Counted from the stretch's first letter, positions 10,224 to 19,527 are shown. The stretch is 64,000 nucleotides of DNA from Candidatus Poseidoniaceae archaeon (GCA_045568435.1 JBJLBB010000001.1:100305-164304); one strand, 5' to 3'. Program-made: numbers and translations. The notes: a model not told the origin generated them from the letters alone.

Positions 10224-11470
10224 TTTTGCAATCTGGTTATTTCTCCTTTTTTAGGAAGAATTCTAAATTTAGAAGATTTTGGTTCGCTTCAGTCATCTCT
10301 TGGATAGGAGAATGGTTCAATACAATAGCACTTTTCTTTTTGATTTTAGAATACTCGGGCTCGGAATTTTTACTTGGAGTTCTTTTCAGCGTAAGGATGG
10401 CATTATTTGCAATTTCACAACCGATTGTAGGTGTTTTGGCTGACAGAATAAATAGAAAGAAATTGATGATATTCTCTAATGTAATTCAAATTGGACTTGC
10501 ATTAACATTCCTTCTTGTAGATGGTGAGGAAGACATGTGGTGGCTTATCGCAGTCTCCGGAGTAATGATGCTTTCACACGGATTCTATGTTACTGCTGAG
10601 CGTGCTGCTTTACCCAATATAGTCGCTGAGGAAGACTTGCTAACGGCCAATGCTATAGATTCTGCCTCTTGGTCAGCTTCGCTATGTATTGGTGCAATGC
10701 TGGGTGGTATTGTTGTATCTGAGTGGGGTACTGATGTTGCATTCATTTTGGATTCGTTGACATTCGCTATTGGTGCTCTTATTCTCTTGCCAATGAAAAT
10801 ACCACAAACCGTAGATGAAAAACTAAAAGGTCCAATATTTTCCACAGCCATTCAAAATATCAAAACCGGTTGGGATAGAATTAGTAGTGACCCGCGACTT
10901 TTACGATTGGTTTTTGCTAAATCTTCATGGAATCTTGCTGGTGCAGGACTTGCAGGGGTTTTCCTTGTTTTGGCTGGTGGAGATCTTGATGGTTATGGAG
11001 CAGCCTTTGGTTTCGGACTATTCTTTTTCGCTAGAGGTATAGGTACGGGGATAGGTCCTCTAGCAGCAAGGACCTTCTTCAAAGATCAAACAAAGTGGCC
11101 GTCATTAATTGGATTACTTGTATCCTTATCTGGAGTGTTTTATTTCTTCGTCGGAATTTCTCTAGATATGGCACTTCCAATAACTATTGCATTCATTATT
11201 TTAGCACATGCTGCAAGTGGTGCTAATTGGGTTCTTTCTACAGTTTTAACTCAGATGTGGGTTGAAGATGAGGTAAGAGGTAGAGTATTTTCTATGGATA
11301 TGCTTATTTTAGGTGCTTCAGCAACCTTTTCTACGACAATAGCCGGTTTTTTGGTAGAAAGTTATGATTTAGCATTGGATAAGGGGATGATGATTTTCTC
11401 ATTTATTATGATTTTTTCAGGGCTTGTGTTTACATTTTGGAGACCTGACTTGAAGCAAGCGAAGAATTAA
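10220..11470 (+). CDS. MFS transporter
   Basis: About 12 hydrophobic segments, motif A GVLADRINRK, RGRVFS; ATGA overlap with the upstream gene. Confidence 0.88.
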   Translation: MILQSGYFSFFRKNSKFRRFWFASVISWIGEWFNTIALFFLILEYSGSEFLLGVLFSVRMALFAISQPIVGVLADRINRKKLMIFSNVIQIGLALTFLLVDGEEDMWWLIAVSGVMMLSHGFYVTAERAALPNIVAEEDLLTANAIDSASWSASLCIGAMLGGIVVSEWGTDVAFILDSLTFAIGALILLPMKIPQTVDEKLKGPIFSTAIQNIKTGWDRISSDPRLLRLVFAKSSWNLAGAGLAGVFLVLAGGDLDGYGAAFGFGLFFFARGIGTGIGPLAARTFFKDQTKWPSLIGLLVSLSGVFYFFVGISLDMALPITIAFIILAHAASGANWVLSTVLTQMWVEDEVRGRVFSMDMLILGASATFSTTIAGFLVESYDLALDKGMMIFSFIMIFSGLVFTFWRPDLKQAKN

Positions 11471-11512
11471 TTGAATCATAATCCTCAAAGACAATGCAGT
11501 ATAGCGTCACCT

Positions 11513-13543
11513 ATGGGCGATAATGGGTCTTCACTTAGAGATTCAATCTCGTTAGGTATTCCCGACCAATTACCTGAACACCCTGGTCTTGATGATTCGG
11601 TTGACCATGCACCAGATAGGAGACAAGTTTTGAGCCCGAGCGAGAAAAAACTCGCTCTAAAGAATGCTCTCAGATATTTCAGTCGAGAACATCATGAAGT
11701 TCTCGCTCCTGAGTTTCTACAAGAATTAAATTCCTTTGGTAGAATAATTATGAATCGATTTAGACCGACTGAGTATCAAATGAAAGCTCATCCAATTTCG
11801 CATTACCCTGCTAATTCCCTTCAAGCAGCATCAATAATGTTGATGATTCAAAATAATCTCGACCCCGCTGTGGCTCAATTCCCTCATGAGTTAATCACAT
11901 ATGGTGGAAATGGTTCTGTTTTTCAAAACTGGGCACAATACAGATTAACTATGAAGTATCTATCTCAAATGTCAAATGACCAAACTTTGGTAATGTATTC
12001 TGGACATCCAATGGGATTATTCCCTTCTCATCAAAATGCTCCGCGTGTTGTCGTGACTAACGGAATGGTTATTCCAAATTATTCATCGGTCAATGATTAT
12101 GAGAAAATGAATTCCTTGGGAGTCACTCAATATGGTCAAATGACTGCTGGTTCATACATGTACATTGGACCTCAAGGTATTGTTCATGGCACTACTCTAA
12201 CACTACTCAATGCTGCTAGAATACATCTTAATTTAGATCCCGAAAAGGACCTTTCAGGAATTACATTTGTTACTTCAGGTCTTGGAGGGATGTCAGGCGC
12301 TCAAGCAAAAGCCGCAGTAATTGCAGGCGCATCTTCAATAGTGGCCGAAATCAATCCTCATGCAGCAAAAAAGCGACATGAACAGGGTTGGTTGAGTGTA
12401 CTTTCATATGATGTAGATGAAGCCATAGATTTGATGCTAAGCAATGCCGAATCGGGTACTGCAATATCCATTGGATTTGTTGGTAACATTTCGGACTTGT
12501 GGTCAAGATTAGTAGAAAGAAATGTCCATGTAGACTTAGGCAGTGACCAAACTAGCCTTCACAATCCATGGCAAGGCGGATACTTTCCTTCTGGATACAC
12601 TTATGAAGAGTCATCGGATTTAATGTCTAAAGATAGTGATTTGTTTTGTCAAAAGGTACGTGAAACATTACTTGAACACATATCGAGTATTCAGAAAATG
12701 ACCGAACGGGGGATGTATTTCTGGGATTATGGCAATGCGTTTTTATTAGAAGCTTCAAGAGCGGGAGCGGATATTAAAAATCCTGATGGCGGATTTATTT
12801 TCCCTAGTTATGTTGAAGACATTATGGGTCCAATATGTTTTGATTATGGATTTGGACCATTTAGATGGGTTTGCTGCTCAGGGGACCCTGAGGATTTAGA
12901 AACAACGGATAAAATTGCTTGCGATATTTTATCTCAAATGGCTATTGATGCACCAGATACAATTAAACAACAACTCAATGATAATATTAGATGGATTAAG
13001 CAAGCAGGACAAAATAAAATGGTCGTCGGAAGTCAAGCAAGAATCCTCTATGCTAATGATGAAGGCAGGAGAAATATTGCTAGCGCTATGAATGCTGCAA
13101 TTGCAGATGGACGTCTAAAGGGTCCTGTCGTACTTGGTAGAGACCACCATGATGTTTCAGGCACTGATAGTCCATTTAGGGAAACTGCCAATATCTCTGA
13201 TGGTTCTATGTTTACTGCAGATATGGCAGTTCAGAACTTCGTTGGAGATGCCTTTAGAGGTGCAACTTGGATAAGCCTCCACAATGGAGGAGGAGTTGGA
13301 TGGGGAGAGGTTATCAATGGAGGATTTGGTATGCTGATAGATGGCTCCAAGAGTTCGGAAGATAATATTCAATCAATGCTTCACTGGGATGTAAATAATG
13401 GAGTTGCCAGAAGAGCGTGGGCTCGAAATGATGGTGCGATTGAAGCGATTAAGGATGCTATGGACAAAGAACCTAAATTAATAGTCACTTTACCACAAAA
13501 AGCACAAGAGGGTCTTATCGACTCACTATTCACAGGGGAGTGA
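11513..13543 (+). CDS. hutU: Urocanate hydratase (long form)
   Basis: HELITYGGNG, QMTAGSYMYIGPQGIVHGT, GLGGMSGAQ, SDQTSLHN, GRDHHDVSGTDSPFRET. About 676 aa with an N-terminal extension; ATG 11513 preferred over TTG 11471. Confidence 0.95.
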   Translation: MGDNGSSLRDSISLGIPDQLPEHPGLDDSVDHAPDRRQVLSPSEKKLALKNALRYFSREHHEVLAPEFLQELNSFGRIIMNRFRPTEYQMKAHPISHYPANSLQAASIMLMIQNNLDPAVAQFPHELITYGGNGSVFQNWAQYRLTMKYLSQMSNDQTLVMYSGHPMGLFPSHQNAPRVVVTNGMVIPNYSSVNDYEKMNSLGVTQYGQMTAGSYMYIGPQGIVHGTTLTLLNAARIHLNLDPEKDLSGITFVTSGLGGMSGAQAKAAVIAGASSIVAEINPHAAKKRHEQGWLSVLSYDVDEAIDLMLSNAESGTAISIGFVGNISDLWSRLVERNVHVDLGSDQTSLHNPWQGGYFPSGYTYEESSDLMSKDSDLFCQKVRETLLEHISSIQKMTERGMYFWDYGNAFLLEASRAGADIKNPDGGFIFPSYVEDIMGPICFDYGFGPFRWVCCSGDPEDLETTDKIACDILSQMAIDAPDTIKQQLNDNIRWIKQAGQNKMVVGSQARILYANDEGRRNIASAMNAAIADGRLKGPVVLGRDHHDVSGTDSPFRETANISDGSMFTADMAVQNFVGDAFRGATWISLHNGGGVGWGEVINGGFGMLIDGSKSSEDNIQSMLHWDVNNGVARRAWARNDGAIEAIKDAMDKEPKLIVTLPQKAQEGLIDSLFTGE

Positions 13544-13547
13544 AATT

Positions 13548-15092
13548 ATTACTACAATAACTCTTGATGGTAACACGCTATCTTCATCTGAGATTTGGCG
13601 CGTGGCTACTGGTAATGCTGAAGTTGACATCTCCCAAAGTTCTTGGGATAGAATTATCAAATCACGCAAGGTAGTTGAAGATATTTTACAAAGTGGGGAA
13701 ATTGTTTATGGAATCAATACTGGTTTTGGTGCACTAGTAAACCAAACAATTTCCGACAAAGATTTACAACAATTACAAGTTAATCTAATTCGTTCACATG
13801 CCACTGGAATCGGTGAATTAATGTCGAAAGAGTCTGTTAGGGCTATGATGACTGCAAGAATTAATTCATTTGCTAAAGGTTACTCAGGAGTCCACCCTAA
13901 TGTAGTCCAACAATTACTCGACTTCATCAACTTAGACATTACGCCAGCTATACCGCGTATCGGTAGCCTCGGTGCCAGTGGTGATTTAGCACCTCTTTCG
14001 CATATGGCATTAGCATTGATAGGAGAGGGTGAAGTATTAATTGAAGGAAATAAAGTTTCTAAAACTAAAGAGGTTATAGTTGAAAAGGGACTTATACCGC
14101 TAGAATTGGGTGCAAAGGATGGTTTATCGCTAATCAATGGTACAAGTCAAATGTTGAGTTTACTAGTAGAGTCAGAACAAATTCTCTCACAATTACTACC
14201 ACTTGCTGACATCATAATGTGTGCTTCTCTAGAGGCATTCAAAGGAACAGCAGTTCCTGCAGATTCTAGAGTTCATGATGCAAGGCCTCACCCGGGGCAA
14301 AAATTAGTGGCATCTAGAATAAGACAAATCATGTCACAGTCAGAAATACTTGCTAGTCACGCAGATTGTGGTAAAGTGCAAGACCCTTACTCATTTAGGT
14401 GTGCACCACAAGTACATGGGGCAGTAAATGAAAGCCTAATGCAACTAAGGTCGACGTTGGAAATTGAAATCAACAGCACCACAGATAATCCATTAGTGTT
14501 TTTTGATAGTGAAGATGATGAGCAAAAGATTGTTTCTCAAGGTAATTTCCATGGAGAAATATTAGGATTAGTAGCAGATAAAATGTCACTTTCTATCTTT
14601 GAATTGGCTTCTATAAGTGAGAGAAGGATGGATCAATTGCTCGATAATAAGAAAAGTGGACTGCCGCCATTTTTAGCTTCTAACAGCGGTCTTGAATCAG
14701 GACTCATGATTGTACAATATGTCGCAGGTGCGTCCTTGTCTGAACTTCATGGCCATGCAGCACCCAGGACAGCATTCTCAACCAGTACTTCTGCTGGACA
14801 AGAAGACCATGTTAGCATGGGCGCAACTGCCTGTTGGAATTTATTACAAGCAACTCAAAGATTGTCTGAAGTACTTGCTTGCGAACTACTTATTGCTTGC
14901 CAAGCACTGGAATTCGAAAGTTTAAAACCATCACCATTCATCCAATCAATTGTTAAATTAGTGAGAGATATTTCACCAAAAATTGAATCTGATAGATCCA
15001 CTAGTAGTGATTTAATTGCAATTTCTAATTCTCTTAAAGAAGGCGGATGGCTATCTAGAATTGAAGCAGAGAATAGTAGACTTTCTAATTAG
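13548..15092 (+). CDS. hutH: Histidine ammonia-lyase, inferred ATT start
   Basis: VYGINTGFG, MIO-forming GASGDLAPL, QDPYSFRC.PQVHG, GNFHG, QEDHVSMG. The typical N-terminus TITLDGNTLS lies upstream of GTG 13602 with no canonical start codon in frame. Confidence 0.93.
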   Translation: MTTITLDGNTLSSSEIWRVATGNAEVDISQSSWDRIIKSRKVVEDILQSGEIVYGINTGFGALVNQTISDKDLQQLQVNLIRSHATGIGELMSKESVRAMMTARINSFAKGYSGVHPNVVQQLLDFINLDITPAIPRIGSLGASGDLAPLSHMALALIGEGEVLIEGNKVSKTKEVIVEKGLIPLELGAKDGLSLINGTSQMLSLLVESEQILSQLLPLADIIMCASLEAFKGTAVPADSRVHDARPHPGQKLVASRIRQIMSQSEILASHADCGKVQDPYSFRCAPQVHGAVNESLMQLRSTLEIEINSTTDNPLVFFDSEDDEQKIVSQGNFHGEILGLVADKMSLSIFELASISERRMDQLLDNKKSGLPPFLASNSGLESGLMIVQYVAGASLSELHGHAAPRTAFSTSTSAGQEDHVSMGATACWNLLQATQRLSEVLACELLIACQALEFESLKPSPFIQSIVKLVRDISPKIESDRSTSSDLIAISNSLKEGGWLSRIEAENSRLSN

Positions 15093-15960
15093 AGTAATAC
15101 TTTTTCTCTAATTCTTCTATTCCCGTCAATTGTTTAATTCTGAATAGAGTCGTAGAAAGTTCACTTGAATCAATTTCATGTGAATTTTGATATAGATAAT
15201 TCTCCAAATCGACAACACGTCTAACTTTTTCTTCGATTAAACAGTACAACTCATATGCTTGGTTGGTATCATAATTTAATGCTGGTTCAAGTTCTGAAAC
15301 ATCTAATCCCATTCGCCTCCATTGCAGAATTCTTTTGACCAGTAAAGCTTGTGTGAAACCAGTTTGTGGTAGCCTTGAAAGGATGCTCAGTCTAGGTGCG
15401 CCGTCAACTCCTAAGTCAAACTCCATTTGTTCTCTTGGTGATTCTTTTTGAATTGATATATCGGTACTTTCTTCAAATTCCTTGAAATCGGATACAGGAC
15501 TATCCAAATTGATGTGTCGAACAATTTTTTTCATTCTTGAAATCCAAACACTATCAAAACTTAATTCGTCAATCGGAAATATAACTCGAACTTTAGAACC
15601 ATGTAGGCTATCTGATACATCATTGATGAAATTAAGGATGTTTTCTTTGCCATGTAAGTCGATTAACCACTCAAAACCATCTATGATAATTATCGTCTCA
15701 TCGACATTCTTCGATGAAATAATCTCGCGATTGATGGATTCGAGATTTGGTGGCATTGAATATTCAGTATCTCTTTCGGTAAGCCAAAAAAGTTCGATTT
15801 TTGAAATATCTATGTGCTCTAACAATCGCCTAGGGGGCATTCTTGACATTAATTTGAGGTTAAAATCATTATTTTCTAACAACTTATCAGCGATTTCTAG
15901 TAAAGAATCTTGATTCGAAAATGTGATGGAAAAAATGTTCCCTCCTTCAAATTTCATCAT
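15085..15960 (-). CDS. DUF835-domain protein (RecA-like fold) with C-terminal helical extension
   Basis: ELFWLT, IIIIDGFEWL, FINDVSD pattern typical of DUF835. Confidence 0.65.
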   Translation of the reverse strand: MMKFEGGNIFSITFSNQDSLLEIADKLLENNDFNLKLMSRMPPRRLLEHIDISKIELFWLTERDTEYSMPPNLESINREIISSKNVDETIIIIDGFEWLIDLHGKENILNFINDVSDSLHGSKVRVIFPIDELSFDSVWISRMKKIVRHINLDSPVSDFKEFEESTDISIQKESPREQMEFDLGVDGAPRLSILSRLPQTGFTQALLVKRILQWRRMGLDVSELEPALNYDTNQAYELYCLIEEKVRRVVDLENYLYQNSHEIDSSELSTTLFRIKQLTGIEELEKKYYSN

Positions 15961-16060
15961 CGCACCTAATCACCCTAAACCCTTCTTATATTTACATTTC
16001 AACGAGGAAATGCCATGAATGATTATATTCATCAATGATTTGCCTTAGACGGGTGTGAAC

Positions 16061-18229
16061 ATGTCCGACGACAAATCCGATGAAATTCCAATGGCCGAAT
16101 GTGGCTCTTGTAGAGCTGTAATTCCACTAAATTCCGAAGAATGTCCAGAATGTGGAATTAGTTTTTCAGGAGTATCTGATGAATCACTAGGTGAGTGTGG
16201 CGCTTGTAAGGCTTTAGTACCTCTAGATTCAAAGAGCTGTCCAAAGTGTGGAGTTTATTTTGTGGCGGATGACGTAGTTGATGTCCTCAGGAAATGGTTT
16301 GTTGAAACTGGTATAGAAGTTGGCGCTTTATTTTCGAAGATGGATGCCGATAATGATGGCTCAATCGATGCAGAAGAGCTGAAAGATGGGCTATTGAAAC
16401 TTAATTTAGCAGACCTACCTCCTTCTCAAGTCGATAGATTAGTACAAGAATTTGATTCCGATAATGACGGTAAGATCAGTTTGGAAGAGTTGGTATTTAC
16501 TATCACTGGAGAAGAGATAGAATCTATTGAATCCGAAGCCGAAGAATCTACTCAGAAAGAATATTCTGAAAATGTTCTTGTAAGAGTCATGGAGAAGTAT
16601 TCTATTTCTGATAGAGATGCTTTCCTTCTGCATTCACAAGACTATGATTCCAACGATAATGGGTACTTGACTGAGGGCGAATTCAAAGCTGCTGCTGAAG
16701 CATATAGTGAGTCGTCAGAAGAGGAATCCTCCGAACAAGAGTCTGAAGAGCCTGTTACTGAAGAACCTACAGAGGATGTAATTGAAGATTCAAATGAAGT
16801 CAAAGATGAAGATGTTGAAGAAGAATCTACGGAAGAGGATACTACTGAAAAAGCAGAAGTTGAATCTGAAGATGAAAGCGTTGAAGAAGCAGTAGAGGAC
16901 CCTGGAGAAGTTACTGAACAATCACCAATGCACAGACTCGGAGTTGCTGCATCTCAAGGCGGAATGACTATTCGTGAAGTTTTCGAAGCAATGGACTTAG
17001 ACGATGATGGCCTTATAGATGGGCCTGAATTACAAAAGGGTATAGAACAACTTTCAGGGGATAAATTATCACCCACAGAGGTCTTTGAAATACTGAAATC
17101 TCTTGATGAAGATTCCGATGGAAGAGTAAATCCTATGGAATTAGTTAATGCACTAGAATCTCTTGATTTGGATATTAAATCTGATAAATCTGGTGGCATG
17201 AGAGATCCTGTCTCAATATTGATTGAAGCAATGGATGATGCAGGCACAAATCCCGGTAGAGTGTTCAGGCAACTGGATAAGAATGGTGACGGTAACATCA
17301 ATATTAACGAATTACGTTCTGAAGTAGAGTCTTTCATTGAAGAATCCCTGAGTGATGAAGAAATGGACCATCTATTCGAAAGATTGGATGATGATGGAGA
17401 CGGCTTCATCGACATGTATGAATTCATAGAAAATCTGGAAGAATATGAGGATTCTGAAGATGAAGAAACAAGTTTGTCTTCTAAGGTAGAATTCCCTAGT
17501 AAGATGCAATCGCGTATGATGTCGAAGAAATGGAATGATGTTTTCTGGCCATTGATACATGCAGGTTTGTTCATATTCATTGTAATGTGGATAGTTAATG
17601 GTTCATTGGCTCCTTTCGTTAGTGGGGAAGGCGGAAATATCGAGTTAGTTACTGAAACTGGATTGTATGATGATGGTGAAAAGTTATACTTTGAAGGCGA
17701 CATATATCCCTGTGTTGACTCAGTTCAAACCGATGGCTGTAAGAATTCTCTAACTCCTTTAGCAGGTGAATCCTCATCTATGCCAGCAGGATTCTATTGG
17801 GATGGTATATTGTTCATAATACTAGGCAGTTTAGGTTTAGTAAGTTCATTATTTACTCACTTGTCGATAGTTCCAGGCTGGAGAGCCAGAGCCAAAGCAA
17901 TTAGAGATTCCGAAAAAGAGCGTAAAGAAGTTGATGAGGAATCAGAGGATTCCGATGACGATTCACAAGATGAAGAAGAAACCGATGACGAAGAATTGGA
18001 TTCTGATGATGCAGACGATGAATCAGAAGTGGAAGAAATAATTGATGATGAAGAAGTTGAAGATGATGAAATTGATATCGGCTCACATATCGGATTAGTG
18101 CTAGACGACGAAGAAATCTTTGGAGTAATAGTAGAGTTCGATGATGACGAAAATCTAGTGACCATTGAAGAAGACGGAACTGGTGATTTAGTCACTGGTT
18201 ATCAAGATGACATGTTTTTAGAAGATTAA
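16061..18229 (+). CDS. Membrane protein with double Zn ribbon, 7 EF-hand-like loops and acidic linkers
   Basis: CGSC..CPECG..CGAC..CPKCG; loops DADNDGSIDAEE, DSDNDGKISLEE, DSNDNGYLTEGE, DLDDDGLIDGPE, DEDSDGRVNPME, DKNGDGNININE, DDDGDGFIDMYE; two hydrophobic helices. Confidence 0.8.
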   Translation: MSDDKSDEIPMAECGSCRAVIPLNSEECPECGISFSGVSDESLGECGACKALVPLDSKSCPKCGVYFVADDVVDVLRKWFVETGIEVGALFSKMDADNDGSIDAEELKDGLLKLNLADLPPSQVDRLVQEFDSDNDGKISLEELVFTITGEEIESIESEAEESTQKEYSENVLVRVMEKYSISDRDAFLLHSQDYDSNDNGYLTEGEFKAAAEAYSESSEEESSEQESEEPVTEEPTEDVIEDSNEVKDEDVEEESTEEDTTEKAEVESEDESVEEAVEDPGEVTEQSPMHRLGVAASQGGMTIREVFEAMDLDDDGLIDGPELQKGIEQLSGDKLSPTEVFEILKSLDEDSDGRVNPMELVNALESLDLDIKSDKSGGMRDPVSILIEAMDDAGTNPGRVFRQLDKNGDGNININELRSEVESFIEESLSDEEMDHLFERLDDDGDGFIDMYEFIENLEEYEDSEDEETSLSSKVEFPSKMQSRMMSKKWNDVFWPLIHAGLFIFIVMWIVNGSLAPFVSGEGGNIELVTETGLYDDGEKLYFEGDIYPCVDSVQTDGCKNSLTPLAGESSSMPAGFYWDGILFIILGSLGLVSSLFTHLSIVPGWRARAKAIRDSEKERKEVDEESEDSDDDSQDEEETDDEELDSDDADDESEVEEIIDDEEVEDDEIDIGSHIGLVLDDEEIFGVIVEFDDDENLVTIEEDGTGDLVTGYQDDMFLED

Positions 18230-18230
18230 A

Positions 18231-18584
18231 ATGTCTAAAGATAAGTTGGACGCTTTTAGTGACCTTTCAATATGTCCTAATTGTGGATGTATTGATCAAA
18301 AAGGAATCTTCCGATGCCTCGGGTGTGGGACTTTTCACTCTGGAGCTCACCTTGTAGAACGTGATGCGCCTCCAATAACCCAACCTGTAGAGCCCGTAGT
18401 AGTTGAGCCGAGTGCTTACTCTTTAGGACCAAAAGGTGAGATTGTTGATGAAAAGTTTGAGCAAAGCGAAAGTGTACGAGAATGGTCTGGCGGGTCAACC
18501 GATTTTAGTATGGAAGAAGATGATTTGGATGAGAGTTCTATTGAATCAGATAAATCTGATTTACCAAAATCCGAAGAGTTATGA
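18231..18584 (+). CDS. Small acidic Zn-finger protein
   Basis: CPNCG...CLGCG; starts 1 nt after the EF-hand gene stop. Confidence 0.7.
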   Translation: MSKDKLDAFSDLSICPNCGCIDQKGIFRCLGCGTFHSGAHLVERDAPPITQPVEPVVVEPSAYSLGPKGEIVDEKFEQSESVREWSGGSTDFSMEEDDLDESSIESDKSDLPKSEEL

Positions 18585-18654
18585 TTTTTAACTTAACTCC
18601 TTTCAAAAAGCAAATATTATTTGTGCGTTTGAAATAGCACTACTCCTTAAATCA

Positions 18655-18730
18655 TGGTGGGCTCGGAGAGAATTGAACTCTCGATCTTCGCCATGTCAAG
18701 GCGACGTCATAACCCCTAGACCACGAGCCC
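18655..18730 (-). tRNA. tRNA-Val(GAC), CCA encoded
   Basis: Reverse complement GGGCTCGTGGTCTAGGGGTTATGACGTCGCCTTGACATGGCGAAGATCGAGAGTTCAATTCTCTCCGAGCCCACCA; anticodon stem TCGCC/GGCGA with loop TT-GAC-AT; T-loop GTTCAATT. Confidence 0.96.
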
Positions 18731-18755
18731 TAGGAATCCGTCCTAAATCGAGGGT

Positions 18756-18763
18756 GTATTAAA
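18756..18763 (-). promoter_or_regulatory. TATA box of tRNA-Val
   Basis: TTTAATAC on the minus strand, about 26 nt upstream of the mature 5' end. Confidence 0.55.
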
Positions 18764-18779
18764 CCACATCGGTAGGCAA

Positions 18780-18935
18780 TCAACTGACGATCTTAGAGAT
18801 TTTACCAGTGCATCCTTCCTGAGAGCAAAAACCACCCATTCGAACTCTTCCATTTTTCATTTTAATCAAATTACCATTTTTTATTGGACCATAAGTTTTG
18901 CACTTCAAACAGTATCCGGATATTTGTTCTGACAT
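18780..18935 (-). CDS. Small Zn-ribbon protein, DUF5679-like (51 aa)
   Basis: Not in the ORF track. Manual translation MSEQISGYCLKCKTYGPIKNGNLIKMKNGRVRMGGFCSQEGCTGKISKIVS (YCxKC...MKNGR...G.C...C). In-frame ATG at 18956 is an alternative start. Confidence 0.75.
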   Translation of the reverse strand: MSEQISGYCLKCKTYGPIKNGNLIKMKNGRVRMGGFCSQEGCTGKISKIVS

Positions 18936-19154
18936 CAGTATCAAATGGTCGTACATAGTGATTTAATTTGAAACCTTCCTTGAGCTTGGAGTTAAAACCT
19001 CCAAAAAGTCCTAATTATTGCTGTTGAGGGGGTACTTTGGATGCCAAAATCACAATTCCTTGTAATCACATCTCATGCGATGTGCTTCTAAACGCTATGC
19101 TGAGTCGCTGTAAACCTTATTTTATTAGTTTATTAAAAAATGTTTTTTCCACAA

Positions 19155-19182
19155 ATGTCGCATAATGTATGTTATACGACAC
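19155..19182. other. dif-like Xer recombination site (11-6-11)
   Basis: ATGTCGCATAA-TGTATG-TTATACGACAC; inner 10-bp arms form a 9/10 inverted repeat; central 17 nt match 16/17 to E. coli dif; lies in an AT-rich intergenic gap. Confidence 0.7.
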
Positions 19183-19209
19183 ATAGTGTAACTAAAAATT
19201 AGTGAATAA

Positions 19210-19527
19210 TTATGATCTTGTAAAAATATCAGCATCGATGTCGAAAATGCCTACCAATGGAGGGCCAATTAGGCACGATTGAACTCCGCCATCGCTAGTG
19301 TCCAGTTTTTGCTGAGATGATTCTGAAATAGATTTCATTGATTCTCTGTCATCAAAAACCGATTGGAAAATGAATAGAAAATCATCGTCTGAAGATTTGG
19401 CATACCAAGAACGAATACAGCCATCTTGCCGATTTCTAAATTCAACTCTTGATGAAAGCATTCTTTCCAATCGAGCTTCATTACCTGGCTTGGCAGAACA
19501 AACAACTGTTTCTAAAATTCTTGGCAT
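19210..19527 (-). CDS. Antibiotic biosynthesis monooxygenase (ABM)-like dimeric alpha/beta barrel protein
   Basis: AKPGNE..LE..L....QDGCI......DDDFLFIFQSVF pattern; 105 aa. Confidence 0.6.
   Translation of the reverse strand: MPRILETVVCSAKPGNEARLERMLSSRVEFRNRQDGCIRSWYAKSSDDDFLFIFQSVFDDRESMKSISESSQQKLDTSDGGVQSCLIGPPLVGIFDIDADIFTRS

Noticed and set aside
16700-18100. Tandem repeat or CRISPR-like array in the GAA/GAT-rich region
   Set aside because: It is acidic low-complexity coding sequence with no fixed repeat unit or spacers. No CRISPR array was seen anywhere in the window.
18585-18730. tRNA-Val as attachment site of an integrated element
   Set aside because: No integrase and no repeat of the tRNA 3' end were seen in the window; flanking genes look chromosomal.
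19152-19185. loxP site or cloning-vector contamination
   Set aside because: Only the central 22 nt resemble loxP (20/22); the outer ATAACT/AGTTAT arms are absent and the flanks are native sequence. A dif-like site explains it better.
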